This document shows positions 47,627 through 59,700 of a stretch of 64,000 nt of DNA, one piece after another. The translations under genes were made by a program, and so were the position numbers. The stretch spans positions 62,001 through 126,000 of the forward strand of contig JAMDHS010000058.1 of NCBI GenBank assembly GCA_029717555.1. Direction: 5' to 3'. The stretch's first letter is position 1, and each line of letters opens with the position of its first letter. Source of the stretch: Peribolospora baueri (Eukaryota). Below the pieces are notes generated by a model that did no database searches, was not told the origin of the DNA, and worked only from the letters and a program-made list of their open reading frames with translations.

Positions 47627-50600
47627 TCACAGCTCAAACAGCTCCACCCCATACTCTCCCACCACCATGCTCGCCTCGTACGCCCGTCTCCGGCGGCTCG
47701 TCGCCTTCGAACCCTCGTCGACGGTCGTGAAACCTCCTCCGACCTCTTCCTTCCCGGCACCAGCAACGCCTCCTTTATCCGCAGCCGCGCCCTTCGCCCG
47801 CCCTCCCACCGTGCGACCCAGCCTCGCCGCCCGCAGCCGGTCCTCGTCCACGCGCTTGAACGCCTCGAGCGGGCCGCGGAGGATGGAAAGCTGTGTGCAG
47901 AACGAGAGGTGCACGTTGATGGCGCTCGAGAGCTCTTTCAGGAGCGCGTGCGACGGAGCGTGGGAGAGGAGGAGGGGGAAGTGTGTGTCGAGGAGAGTGA
48001 GGGTGAAGGAGAGGATCTGCGAGACGGACACGAGACAGACATCGCCAAATCAGTCAATTGCCCCCTTTTCCGGAACAAGTCTAGACTGGCGGTAGGATCA
48101 ACCGGTCAAACCGAACTCTCACCTGGGACATCCAAGGTACATTCCCGACCATCCTCTCCTCGTCTACATTCACACCTCCATTCATTGCCGCCGCCACCGC
48201 CGCCGCCTTCTCCCTCTTGGCCTTCCTCCTGCGCATATGCTTCAGCTTCTTCTCACCGCTCGGCACGCCCTGCGCGCCATAACCGTCCAACGCACGTTCG
48301 TCCCACCACCGAAGCCAACGGACCATGACCGTCATCACCGCGCTCACCTCGTCCGCATCTGACAGGCGGGCCTTCAGTGCCCTTCGAAGGAGTGGCGCGG
48401 ACAGCTGGAGAGGAAGGAGGTGAGACAAGTAGGAGGCCAACGAAGGCACGCCCGCCCCCGAAGAACCGTCTTCAACTTGCGTCGATCCCGGCTCTCCTGA
48501 GGCTGCCGCCTTAGCATGGTCGCGCTTAGCCTGAGCGACGTCCGCGAGGAGAGCGATGAGCGAGCTCTCAGGCAAATCGGGGACGGTGCGCAAAGCGAGG
48601 AGGATGTTGGCCTAAAGGAACAACAGGGAAAGGCCAACGAGCCAAAGGGATGCCATCGATCTTTCAGTAAACATAACCATCGGCACTGACCGTACGCGAG
48701 GACCAAGACTCACCCAATCCCGTCTGTGTCTCAGGCGCTCCAAAAGATGGTGTCCGCCTTCACCACCTGTCTCCTCACCCGTGCGAATCATGCGCGCGCT
48801 GACAGACCGTCGTTCCAGAAGGTAGGCGATGATTTTAGACGGATAAGGCCTTGAAGATGTCGGAGGCAGTGAGAGCGCAAGAAGGGATGTAACAAATTGA
48901 TATGGGAGAGGCACCTTTGGCGGCTGCAGTAACCAAGGTCGTTCCGAAGTGGCAAACGTAAAAAGTAAGCGGGACAAGTAAGGATACGGTATGACACAAA
49001 GACCGACGGTGCTCAACTCACTCTCTCCTTCTTCTTTCCCCTTCCATTGTCGACATCTCCGGTCCCTTCCTGCTGTTCCTCCGCCTGCCCATCCACATCC
49101 ATTACATCTCCCTCGCTGTCGCTGTCGTCCCCTTCCCCCGTCTTGATTTTCCTGCTCCTCCCTGATCTTCCCTTCGCTTCAGGAGCCGCATCGGCTGCTG
49201 TGACCGTCTCGGCCTGCTCCTTCGCCGCCGTATCTGCCTCGAAAACGGCCCGCAGCGCAGCTGTGCGCGAGGCAGTCCAGTCGAGGAAGCGCGCCTCGGC
49301 GGCAGAAGCCGCTTCGATTGGCGTCATGGTTGAAGAAGAGAGCACTTCTTCGAGCTGGCGAAGGAGCGTGCGACGGTCGAGCTCCCCTTCGTCTACCGCG
49401 CTCGTACTCGCGCCCTCTCCCACGACCACGGCGGATGTCGAGCTCGTGGAGACAGAGGGCGAAGAGACGCAATATCTGGCGCTCTTGGTCGCTTTTCCCA
49501 TCGCCTCGAGCAGACTGCTGCGGGAGGGGACGACATAAGGCACGACGTACAGCGTAGCTTTCGAGTTCTTCGTTGCCGAAGTCAACTCTTCAGGCCCGAT
49601 GCGTAGCAGCGCCCGACTGCCTTCTGCGTTCGCCGGACCACGTCTCAGAGTTATGGAGAGACGTGACGTAGCAGTTGCCGTGCCAGGCACTTCTTGCTCG
49701 GCCAGGAGGGCAGAGAAGACCGTGTCCCACAGAAGCAGGCGGACAGGGCTGTTGACGGCTGCTCGGGCGGCGAGGAGGACGTGCGAAGCTGACAGAGATA
49801 GGAGCGCGACCGATGGTGGCCTAAAGTCCAACGACGCCAGGCTCTGCGAAGATCGCTGCTGGAGAGAGAGACTGAAGGGATGCGTGCCGGAGGAAATGCG
49901 ACCAGACATGGCAGTGGAGACCAGAGTTCCGTTCGTGGTAAGGTAGCTGACCACTCCGGACGTGTGAACAGAGATGCTGGCGAGTTGCTCGCCGGACACG
50001 TCCGGTATGACGGTCTCAGCGCCCCAAGCCAGACGATCTCTGTCGCTCTCTTCGCCACCGACGAGAACCAGTTGTATCGAGACAGCTCCTGGTTTTTCTG
50101 GCATCGCCTGGTTCGACCCCGAGATGTGGCCATTCGCTTTTGACTTGGAAGTTGCCTCGGAAGGCAATCGGGAAGAAATGATGAGGATCGCGCCGACCGG
50201 GCCCCGTTCCCTGTCGAGGGAAGAAGTGGATGCAGGCAAGAATGCAAGGTCGGCCACATTGTGGGAGGAGACGTGGTGAAGAACACGCTGACCGCCCTCA
50301 TGGTGCTTGAGAGTTTCTGTGACGACGTGCGAACTGTCGGGAGCTACAGTGAGCAGGTACACCGATGCCGAGTTGGAGACGCAAAGGAGGCTGTTCGGCG
50401 TCAAGGATAGGGCGTGGACGGAGTGCGGTGGTTCCTTGATCTGCAGAGGTGTGAAATGGATTAGGGTCAGAGAAGCATACGCTTGCGTCAAGATTTTAGG
50501 TCCAAACACAGCAATGCCGTGCGCACCCTAACAGACTCCTTCTTCGCCTGTCCCCCGATGCCCAACTTGCCCTTGGCCTCCTCCTGCCAGACCCAAAGCT

Positions 50601-51066
50601 CGCCTTCTGCGGCGCCAGTGTGAATGCCCACAGCGGTCGTCCGTCGTAACGTCCGCCCTGGCGATACCGTAGTGTCGCTGGTCTCCGGCGAAATGACGAA
50701 AGGGGCGGCACGAATGGTCGTGAGAGCGGCCGTGGAAAAGGCGGTGGAAGGGGGAACCGTAAGTTTTTGGAGTGGGGATTGGGTAGGAAGCTAAGAGCAC
50801 ATCGGGTTCATGAGTAGGTCCGCTCAAGGATAAGCAAGTAACAATTCCGACTCCTTATCTTGTATCCTGAAATGCCGCTCCGAAGTACTCACATCAAAGA
50901 TCGTCACTCCCTCGCCGTTCACGGCCACCACGACCGACTCCCTCGCGCTGCGCTCGGCAGCCGCATCGTCGTCTTGCAAAAGCGTCACTCGCCCAACGTC
51001 AGCAGGCCCCGCCGCACGGCGTAGCGACCAGGAGGTGAGGGCCGAGGGTTCGGAGAGCGAAGACAT
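47627..51066 (-). CDS. Utp8/NOL11-like nucleolar protein (putative small-subunit processome UTP-A component), multi-exon
   Basis: MSSLSEPSALTSW...VVVAVNGEGVTIFD|LPTQSPLQKLTVPPST; beta-propeller-like N half (LLLWDTVFSALLAE); helical C half (TVPDLPESSLIALL, LLRRALKARL, ILSFTLTLLDTHFPLLL); ends VGEYGVELFEL*, resembling Utp8-family C-termini. The gene is solid; the orthology is inferred. Confidence 0.65.
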
Positions 51067-51216
51067 GCTGAACGCCGCGTCGAAGCAAGCAAGCGGGCGA
51101 TGAGTCGTCGAGTCTTCAGAACAGCCAAAGAAATCATCCAAAAGTCTCAAGGTGACGTCGCCGCAGCAAGTGAAATCGTTGCGTTCGAAAAATAACCGGC
51201 CGTCTATGTCCGCTTA

Positions 51217-51230
51217 CGTGCGTACGCACG
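51217..51230. promoter_or_regulatory. Perfect 14-bp palindrome in the divergent Utp8-like/FRS1 promoter
   Basis: CGTGCGTACGCACG is its own reverse complement; its function is inferred only. Confidence 0.35.
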
Positions 51231-51428
51231 AGAAGCTCGAACGGATTGACTCTGGATGGATTGAGGGGTGGTCGCCCAACATAAGAGTGCTATCGTCAGC
51301 CTTCGTTCGCATCCTTGGCCCGTCGAAAACAGCTTATTTGAAGGTCACTCGAAGCTTGCGAGGAAGGAAGTAAGAACGTCCTCCACTCCGGTCCTTCCGT
51401 CTGGCACCCACTTTCTTCCCTGCCCGCC

Positions 51429-54062
51429 ATGCCGACCATCTCCGTCGACAAGGAAGACTTGTACGTGGCCCTTGGCCAAACCTACAGTGAGCACGCTATG
51501 GCGTATGAAGGGCTTTGGCTTTGACAAGACGTGGACGGAAGATGCATCTGGTGCTGAATTTTGGAGTCTCTGAACGTTTAACCTCTTCCCTGTCTTCCAA
51601 CTACAGCGACGGAGGAATTCGACGAGCTATGCTTCGAGTTCGGAATCGAGCTGGACGAGGATACGACCGAGGAGGTAGAGCGCACCAAGACCGGAGAGCG
51701 ACCGGTGAGCTTTCGGTGCGAGAGAGGTAGATGACCACGTAAGGGACGTTCAGGTTTGACGAGAGCTGACGATGTGGTTGCACCTGCTCCGTTGCGTAGG
51801 AACTCAAAATCGAGATTCCTGCCAACCGGTGAGAGGTTGCCCTGCAAAAGTATGGAACGTTAAATGCTTCATGTGCTGACCTTCTTTCTTCTATCATTGC
51901 TCTGGCCTAAAATTTCAGCTATGATCTCCTGTGCTTTGAAGGCATTTCTAGAGCTTTGCTCGTCTTCCTCGGCAAGATGAAGCCGCCGGCGATCCGTGCC
52001 ATTCCCGCGCCGCCGGGCAAGGAAACCGTCATCACCCTCAGCCCAGATGTGAGTGCGCTCATTTTCTGCAACGGCGGCTGTTTTAGAACTCTTAAGCTTA
52101 ACAAACGCGTTCTGTGGGTATGTCGCTCTATCGTCTCTGCACCACACAGACCGCCAAAATCCGACCTTATTTCGCTGGCGCCATCCTGCGCAATGTCAAG
52201 TTCACACAGCAGTCGTACGATAGCTTCATCGACCTTCAGGATAAGCTGCACCAAAATCTTGCCCGCCGTCGGACGCTCGTCGCCATCGGCACGCACGATC
52301 TGAATACCATCCAGGCGCCCTTCACTTATGAAGCGCTCCCGCCGACGGAGATCAACTTTGCCCCACTCAACAATCCCAAGAGCTATCGTGCGGACGAAAT
52401 GATGACGCTCTTCGAGAGCGACCGACACTTAAGCCGGTACTTGCATATTATCCGTGACAGCCCCATCTACCCCATCATCTACGACCAGCGTCGCAACGTG
52501 CTCAGCATGCCGCCCATCATCAACTCTAATCACTCTAAGATCACGATGGACACTAAGAATGTTTTTATTGACGTAACCGCCACCGACAAGACGAAGCTGG
52601 ACGTTGTCATCAACATCCTCGTCTCTATGTTCTCGTGCTATGCCGCCGAACCTTTCACGTGAGCCGTCGTTGCAATAAGCTCCTTACTAGGGAGTATGGC
52701 GAAAATTGTGTTCGATAGTGATTGACCGTGTGCTTTCATGACTGATTCTCTCGTCCATCGCCCGTCCTTCTTCTCCAGCGTGGAACCTGTTAAGGTGATC
52801 TATCCGGATGGCAGCACGGTGGTCACGCCGGACGTGTCTTCGCGCCGAACGACCGCGCACGTGTCGTACATCAACGCCTGTACCGGTCTCAAGCTGTCCC
52901 CCGCCGAGATCTGTAGCCTTCTTACCCGCATGGGCCACGTCGCGACGCCATCCACGCAGAACGCCGACGAACTGGTCGTAAACGTGCCTCCCACGAGGCC
53001 GGACATTCTGCACGAATGCGATTTGATGGAGGACGTGGCGATCGCGTACGGGTTCAACAATCTTCCCAAGACTCTCCCTTCCACCAACACCGTCGCGCAG
53101 CAGTATCCCGTCAACAAGCTTTCCGACGTTGTCCGCAAGGAGATCGCCATGGCCGGTTGGACCGAGGTGTTGCCGTTGATTCTCGTGAGTGGATCGTCGG
53201 CTGTGGAATTGTGCCCGACGGCCCTGGCGCTGCTGCTTACCTTTCTACATAACACTATGTGCTCGATGACAGTGCTCGCATGACGAAAACTTTGCCTTTC
53301 TGAACCGTAAAGACGATGGGACGACGGCGGTAGTCCTGGAGAACCCCAAAACGTCCGAATATCAAGTTGTGCGCACCTCGCTTCTTCCGGGCTTGCTCAA
53401 GTCGATCCGAGAGAACCGCAAGCACCCACTGCCGCACCGCATCTTCGAGGTCTCCGACGTGGGAGTCAAAAGCGAGCGCGCGGAGGACGCGGAACGGCGC
53501 TCCAGGAATATCCGCAGGGTGTGTGCGGTGTATTCAAACAAAGCGGCCGAGTTCGAGGTCGTGCATGGGCTCCTCGATCGCATCATGGCCATCCTTGGCG
53601 TGCCAAGGATCTCCAAGGACGACAAGTCTTCTGTGAGGGGTTACTACCTCGAGGAGGCCACTGGTGAGTGATCGATCGTCGCAATCCGAGTCGTGAATTC
53701 AAGAGGATCGAAACGTCGTAGACCAGTGCTTAAGCCTCTTTGCTCGCTTGCACTTCATCCATCTGTCAGACTTGACATTCTTCCCCGGCCGCGCTGCGAC
53801 AATTCACTACCGCCCTTCGGCCAGCGTCGCCCATTCGAACCCCGTCTCATCCCAGGACACTGAAAAGGGGACCGTTACGGACGGGCCGTTGGACACGATC
53901 AAGTCCGCCCTCAGCGCCGCCCTACCGACCGCCGTAGGAGGCGGGAAGAAGGGGGACATCGAGCTCGGAAAAGTGGGCGTTCTCCACCCGGAGGTGCTGG
54001 GCAAGTTCGACATCGATTACCCTTGCTCCGGTCTCGAGTTTGATCTCGAGCCTTTCGTGTAG
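51429..54062 (+). CDS. FRS1: Cytoplasmic phenylalanyl-tRNA synthetase beta subunit, multi-exon
   Basis: [12 protein letters not shown]..., [124 protein letters not shown]...EFDLEPFV*. Confidence 0.97.
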
Positions 54063-54285
54063 ACCTTTAGTTTTCTGCGCGTCTGACCTTTTTCTTTAAA
54101 AGTTCGAGCGGGGAGGGCTGTAGGTGAGAGGGGTCTTGCCGTGATTCTAGCTCGGTGTCTGTGGCTTCATCGCCGTTCGTACTTCTGTCGTGCCTTCTGG
54201 AGATACTCCGGCTTTCGTAATTAAGGATTACGGGACGTACGATCTTTCACCTGAACCACCATTGTTATCTCGGAAGCTTCGGTTC

Positions 54286-55032
54286 TGCAAGACAGGCTAG
54301 ACGGGGAGGCACTGAGCATTGGAGGACTGGAGAATGTTGGTGGACAAGCCGAACCAACTGACAGCCGCCCGCGTGAATCCGGGAAAAGATCTTGTCCTGT
54401 CTTGCAACGTTCATCTTGGATCAAGACCTCTACGAACCCGCTTACGCTCACTAACGTCGAGACTTCGTCTTGTCTTTGCCCAACTTCACTCCCGCCCAGG
54501 TGGTCCCTTGCCCCATACCTCGCTCACGCTCACTCATGTCGAGGACGTATTCTTGTCTTTGCCATCTTCACCCAGAGGTGGGACATTGTCTTGTCTCATT
54601 CACACCCAGCATAGGTCATTGTCATGGCCAAGGAGCGTCCAGTCCGAGGGAGAAAAGTGTGGAGAGGGAACCGTTCCCCGCCCTTTCACCCTCCATCTTC
54701 AATGACGGCAAGCAACAATGGCCAGACCTGTGTTTCCCCCAGCAGGTCGCAACGGGTACCATGTGGTGCCCTGTGCTCTGGAGGTCCCATTGGAGCTCAA
54801 CCCTCTTCCAGGGAATGGGCGCCTTCGGGTCCCGTCTGGAATGAGTACACTAGGAACGAAGATCATCGCTCCTTCCAAACCCCTCCGCCCAAGTAGAATT
54901 GATTAGACTATTCCCCTTTCCCCGTACCCAGTGCCCCACTGACGGCTTGCAGAGGGTGTCATTGGGCGTCGTTCACCCCGACGTCCCCTTGGAACTCAGC
55001 CCTACGCGGGGAATGGGCGCCTTTGGGTACCG
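54286..55032. repeat. Cluster of degenerate direct repeats plus one inverted repeat in the FRS1-COX7 spacer
   Basis: Pair 54439-54480/54521-54563 matches at ~36/43 by hand; pair 54784-54834/54983-55032 at ~41/51. TCTTGTC occurs at 54390, 54468, 54551 and 54589. There is an 11-bp inverted repeat at 54286-54296/54396-54406. Confidence 0.75.
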
Positions 55033-55729
55033 CTCGGCTTAAGGGGCGCTCCAGTCATCCTCTCTACCTTTGCGTTTCTGTGCCACATGCCTCCCTGCAG
55101 TGTAAATCCCGTCAAAGAGGATTTGTAAAGGACCACCGCTCCTTCGGTTGGCCTTTTATATCGTCTCAAACATCTCGCCTCTTCGGGCAAATCCCTCGCG
55201 CTCTGGCTCTCTTCCTTCTCTCGCCTCTTCGTCTCGGGTACTTATCTTCTTCTTCTGGTCGCCTCACTCACCGCCAGCGCAGCTCCCGCTTCCTCCTCTG
55301 ACACCGGCTAGCGCTATCGCGCCCATCCGAGCGCAGTACCCGCCCACCCACATCTTCACCACCTCGTCCTTTCCTTCCAAAGAGGAAATTAGATGTCCGG
55401 GACGAGTGCTCTTAAAGCTTGCCTGGATGGTAGCAGTCCTGCAGAAGAGGGAACGGCACACCAGGATGTGACCAGCTTCTCCTGTTCGCGACACTAAGTC
55501 GATCATAGTTGCGCTGTGGCTATCACGATGCATGCCTCGTCCAAAGGGGTTGACGATACCGCTTCAGGCGACCTGAACTGACTGTCTGTTTGCCGATGAG
55601 TGTAAGGAGACGATCATCCCATTGCAATCGCGCACGTACAGTCTAGAACGGGGGGGACTACGAGAGCGGGCGGGCAGTAGATTCATCCATTGGCAGAGAG
55701 GAAATGCGGAAGGAAGGGCCGCACTAATT

Positions 55730-56272
55730 TCATTCCTCCTGGGTCTGCTTCTTACCCTGATTAAAGGTTCAGAGGCGAGAGGCCAAGGAGGGCGACGAGA
55801 AAGGCAAGAAGGAAGCGGTCAGTAACAAATGTGGATGGGCACACGCCAGGTCCAAGTCGTCGTTGTCGACACAAAGAATAGAAGGGTTCCACTCACGACG
55901 GCCATGTTGTAGATACCGCCGACACTGCCGAGCATGCCGAGGGTGAAGATGCCCATGTAGATGCCCATGTAGAGGCGGGAGCGGGGACCGCGCTGGTAGG
56001 TCAGTCGCGGGTCGGTCTGCAAGGACAAAGCAGAGAAGGGATTAGGAACAACAAGAAGGAAGTTAAAGGGAAGAAGCTAGTTGTGACAGTGGAAAAGCCA
56101 GCGTCTCTAGCCCACTACCGTCGTTCAATCCCTCGACCGGCCGCGCAAAGCCACACCAGCGCACATGCTCGTTCCTTCCCCCTTTCTTCCCTGTCCTTGT
56201 CAACCGTTCGCTCACCTGGTAAAGCTTCTGCTTGAGAGGCACGTGGTTTTCGCGGTAGACGAGGGCGTCCAT
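55730..56272 (-). CDS. COX7: Cytochrome c oxidase subunit VII (COX7A-like), 3 exons, 67 aa
   Basis: MDALVYRENHVPLKQKLYQ|TDPRLTYQRGPRSRLYMGIYMGIFTLGMLGSVGGIYNMAV|GKKQTQEE*; 'N.V..KQK.YQ' motif plus a single TM helix. Confidence 0.88.
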
Positions 56273-56383
56273 GGTGAACGGTTCGCTTTCGTGAGTCTGG
56301 TTTAGAAAGGAGTGCTGCTCTGGAGAAGACGACGACTGAGGCAAGCGGCGGAGGCCGGCTGCAACCGAAGTGGTGTTCCCACG

Positions 56384-56407
56384 ATCACGTGATATATCTG
56401 CACGTGC
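56384..56407. promoter_or_regulatory. Tandem CACGTG E-boxes in the divergent COX7/GPI13 promoter
   Basis: ATCACGTGAT (56384-56393) and GCACGTGC (56400-56407) are both palindromic bHLH-type sites. Confidence 0.45.
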
Positions 56408-56730
56408 CCTCGGAACGACGCATGGACGCAAGCGGAAGGAAGGCGGTCGGGCCTTCCGGCTAAACACCACCATCGCAATTTCCGCGCTTCCTTGGGAGAT
56501 CGGAAATATAGAGAGAAGAAGGAGAGGATGGCTTGTGGATTTGGTGTCGACCGTAGAATTTCATTGGCACTCGTACTCCATTGTCAAGGTTAGTCTACGC
56601 TGCAGCGCATTCTGGCAGAGCTGCTGGCCGCCGTACTGACAAGCTAGCTTTCTTCACCGTCATGATCTCGACCAGGACGCTGATCGCCTGAACGGAAAGA
56701 TAGGACAGACGGCCCGATAGGCTTCGAACC

Positions 56731-59700
56731 ATGTCGGACCGACAACAACAACCCCAACGTTTGGCTGCGTCGTCGTCAGCACGGTCGTCGACGCTTCGCC
56801 CCTTCCTTGCCCTCCTCGCATTGCTTCTCTACCTCGCCTCGCTCCACCTCTCTGGCCTCTACCTCTTCACCCGTGGCTTCCTCCTTTCCCGCCTCACTCT
56901 CAACGACGTTGCTCTCTGTCCCTCCTCTTTGCCTCCCCATAACCTCTCCAACCTCGACCTTGGCCCGCACAATTGCAACCCCGGCCTGCCGCCCTCTCAC
57001 TCTCGCGCCGTCGTCATCATCATCGACGCCCTTCGCTATGACTTCCTCCACCCCTTCTCCCATTCCAATCCTGCCCTTGCTCACCCTTATCATAATGCGC
57101 TCACCATCCCGACCCAACTCACAGCCCAACAGCCAGCCAACTCGATGCTCTTCCACTTCGTCGCAGACCCGCCTACCACCACCCTCCAGCGCATCAAGGG
57201 TTTGACCACCGGCAGCTTACCCACATTCGTTGACGCTGGTAGCAATTTCGGAGGAGCAGCCATTGAGGAGGACAATTGGCTTGCACAGCTGCGAAGATCA
57301 GCCCAAAGCTCGACGGTAGGAAATGAGGGCTCGCAAGACGAGCGAAAGGTTGCGTTCATGGGCGACGACACCTGGATCACCGTCTTTCCACCAGAGTCGG
57401 GCGTCTTCGGCCGGAATATGACATTTCCCTTCGACAGCTTCAATGTTGAAGACCTTCACACCGTCGACGAGGGTGTAATACGGCATCTTCTCCCTCTTCT
57501 CGACCCCAGTCGACCCGAGAGCAACCAGTGGAACCTCATCGTCGCCCATACCCTCGGCGTCGACCATGTTGGCCACCGTTTAGGGCCTGAGCATGCGCAG
57601 ATGAGAAGCAAGCTCGAGCAGATGAACGAGATGCTTGAACGAGTGGTAGACATGATCGACGAGGACACGCTGTTGGTCCTCATGGGCGATCATGGCATGG
57701 ATGGCCGAGGGGATCACGGTGGGGAGAGCGAGCTCGAGGTCGGCGCTGGGCTGTGGGTCTACAGCAAGCGCGGCTTCGGCTCGGTGGATGAAAACGCAGA
57801 GGCGGCCGACTCGGACGAGCGGAAGCAGCAGCACGTTCACCAGCGTCGGCGTCAGCTGCTCGAAGAGCTCTGGTCTCCCTCGTCGCCTCTGGCCTCGTCC
57901 GTATCACTTGACGGTACCATAGATCTCCCGCCGTCACTCGACGAGCCCTTTTCTCCGCTTTCTCCGTGGATCTCGCCACCACTTGTCCGCTCCATCCCGC
58001 AGATCGACTTCGTGCCGACTATCTCCCTCCTTCTTGGTTTACCCGTACCTTTCAACAACCTCGGCACCATCATCCCGGAACTGTTCCTCTCCTTCAAAGA
58101 CTCGACCTCGGCATCCGCTCCGAAGAAGAGTTGGTCTTCGCTGCAATCGACGAAGTCGTCCGACCGCGAGAGTGAAACAGCAGCCGTGCAGAGACTCCTC
58201 GCGGCCGTCAGGCTCAACGCGCAGCAAATCAAGCGGTACCTCGATGACTACCACTCCAGCCCTAGCGGTGCCGATCTCGACCCTTTCTGGACCCGCCTAG
58301 AGTCGCTATGGAATGTGGCCATGTCGCACGACGCGGACCTGCAGAAAAACCATGACCACGTCAAGCCCGATGAGATCAAGTCGACCGTTTTGGCCTACTA
58401 CGCCTTCACACGCCGGGCGTTCAGCGGCTCTCGGTCCGTCTGGGCTCAGTTCAACCCGAGTCTCATGATCGCTGGCATCTTGGTCTTGCTCGGAGGCGTC
58501 CTCCTTGGTTGGGCAGTCTGGGGCACAGTAGGACGGGGTTCTGAGCGGTCTGTCGTTTCGACGGTGCCGCAAGACCAGACTGATCCTGCGGCTCTGGAGC
58601 CTCTTGTTTGGAGCATCCTCGGCCACGCTGGTCTTGGCGCGATCGCCGCTCTTGGCATCGTCGTCAGCGTCGTTCTGGGTGTAGGAAGTTCTGACAAGCA
58701 GTTGCCGGTGTCCTCCCTCCAGGCCGTCCTTTTCGGTGTCGCCTTTAGTGCTGAATTGGCTTCCTTGGTCTCCGTCTTCCGTCTCCGGCCGGCACTCGCT
58801 AAGCACCATGGCCGAGGAAGGTGGTCGTTCGACTCTGTCCAGGGCCCGCTGCTCGTCGTCATCCATGTTACCCTGTTTGCTTCGAACAGCTTCACCGTCT
58901 GGGAGGATCGCGCGGTACTCTACCTCCTCCAGAGTGCTCTCATCGTCATGCTTCTCCGAGGATTCGCTGCTGCACACACTCGCCTGCGCTCTCGAATCGT
59001 CTCTCTCGCCCTCTTGGCCGTCGTGTGTGTGCGCATAGCTGCCGAGAGCAGGCTCTGTAGAGAGGAGCAGCAGCCCTACTGCCACACTACATTCTACTCC
59101 TCAGCCTCTTCTTCGCTTTCCTCCCCGTGGGCCGTTTTCCTCGCGCTCCCCGTCGCGTGGTACCTCCCCCGCGTCGTTCGTTACTTCCTCGCCACATCCA
59201 AGGCCGATTCGGGCCTCGCCGCCGTCTTCCTTTCCGGCCTCCGCTTCGCTCTCCTAGCCGGCGCGGGACACTGGCTCCTGGACTGGGCAGAGAGCAGTCC
59301 CGAGATCACGGACAACTTGCGGGCGGTTTTGACTATGCTGAAGCTCGGAACGGGGCGCGCCGCCCTCGTCGCCATCGTCATCGTCGGTGGCGTTTTCTGG
59401 TACTCCTCGCCGCTTTGCATCGACGTCCAGCGCGAGGAGGTCCAAGACGGCACAGCTTTGGCGATACATCCCACGCAGAAGAAAGTACGCGTCGTAGTCC
59501 TCGGCTTCGCCAACGTCTTTGGGTCGTCCTATCTCCTCTTCCTCTGCACCGTCTTCGCCCTTATCCTTCTCCTCACGCAGCCCGCCGGGCAGCTTTCCCT
59601 CTCCGCGTGTCTGACCGCCCTCATCACCCTCCTGGAAGTCTTCGATGCAAGGCGTGACGCACGTTTGCTCATAGAGTCTTTCGAGCGTACGGGCACCCCG

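Noticed and set aside
51097..51104. PAC motif GCGATGAG near the Utp8-like ATG
   Set aside because: A single 8-mer only ~30 bp from the ATG. PAC regulation is characterised in ascomycete yeasts, and there is no exact match at RPF1.
47293..54062. tRNA gene, Utp8-like gene and FRS1 as a tRNA-metabolism cluster
   Set aside because: The tRNA is Glu, not Phe; Utp8 orthology is uncertain; there is no evidence beyond adjacency.
54286..55032. CRISPR-like array or telomerase RNA interpretation of the repeats
   Set aside because: Only two degenerate copies of each repeat, no regular spacers, no cas genes, eukaryotic context, and no CTAACCCTAA-type template.
8875..56272. Apparent clustering of mitochondrial genes (NDUFAF5, MGM101, ABC1 kinase, COX7)
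   Set aside because: Four of about 20 genes, interspersed with unrelated ones; compatible with chance.
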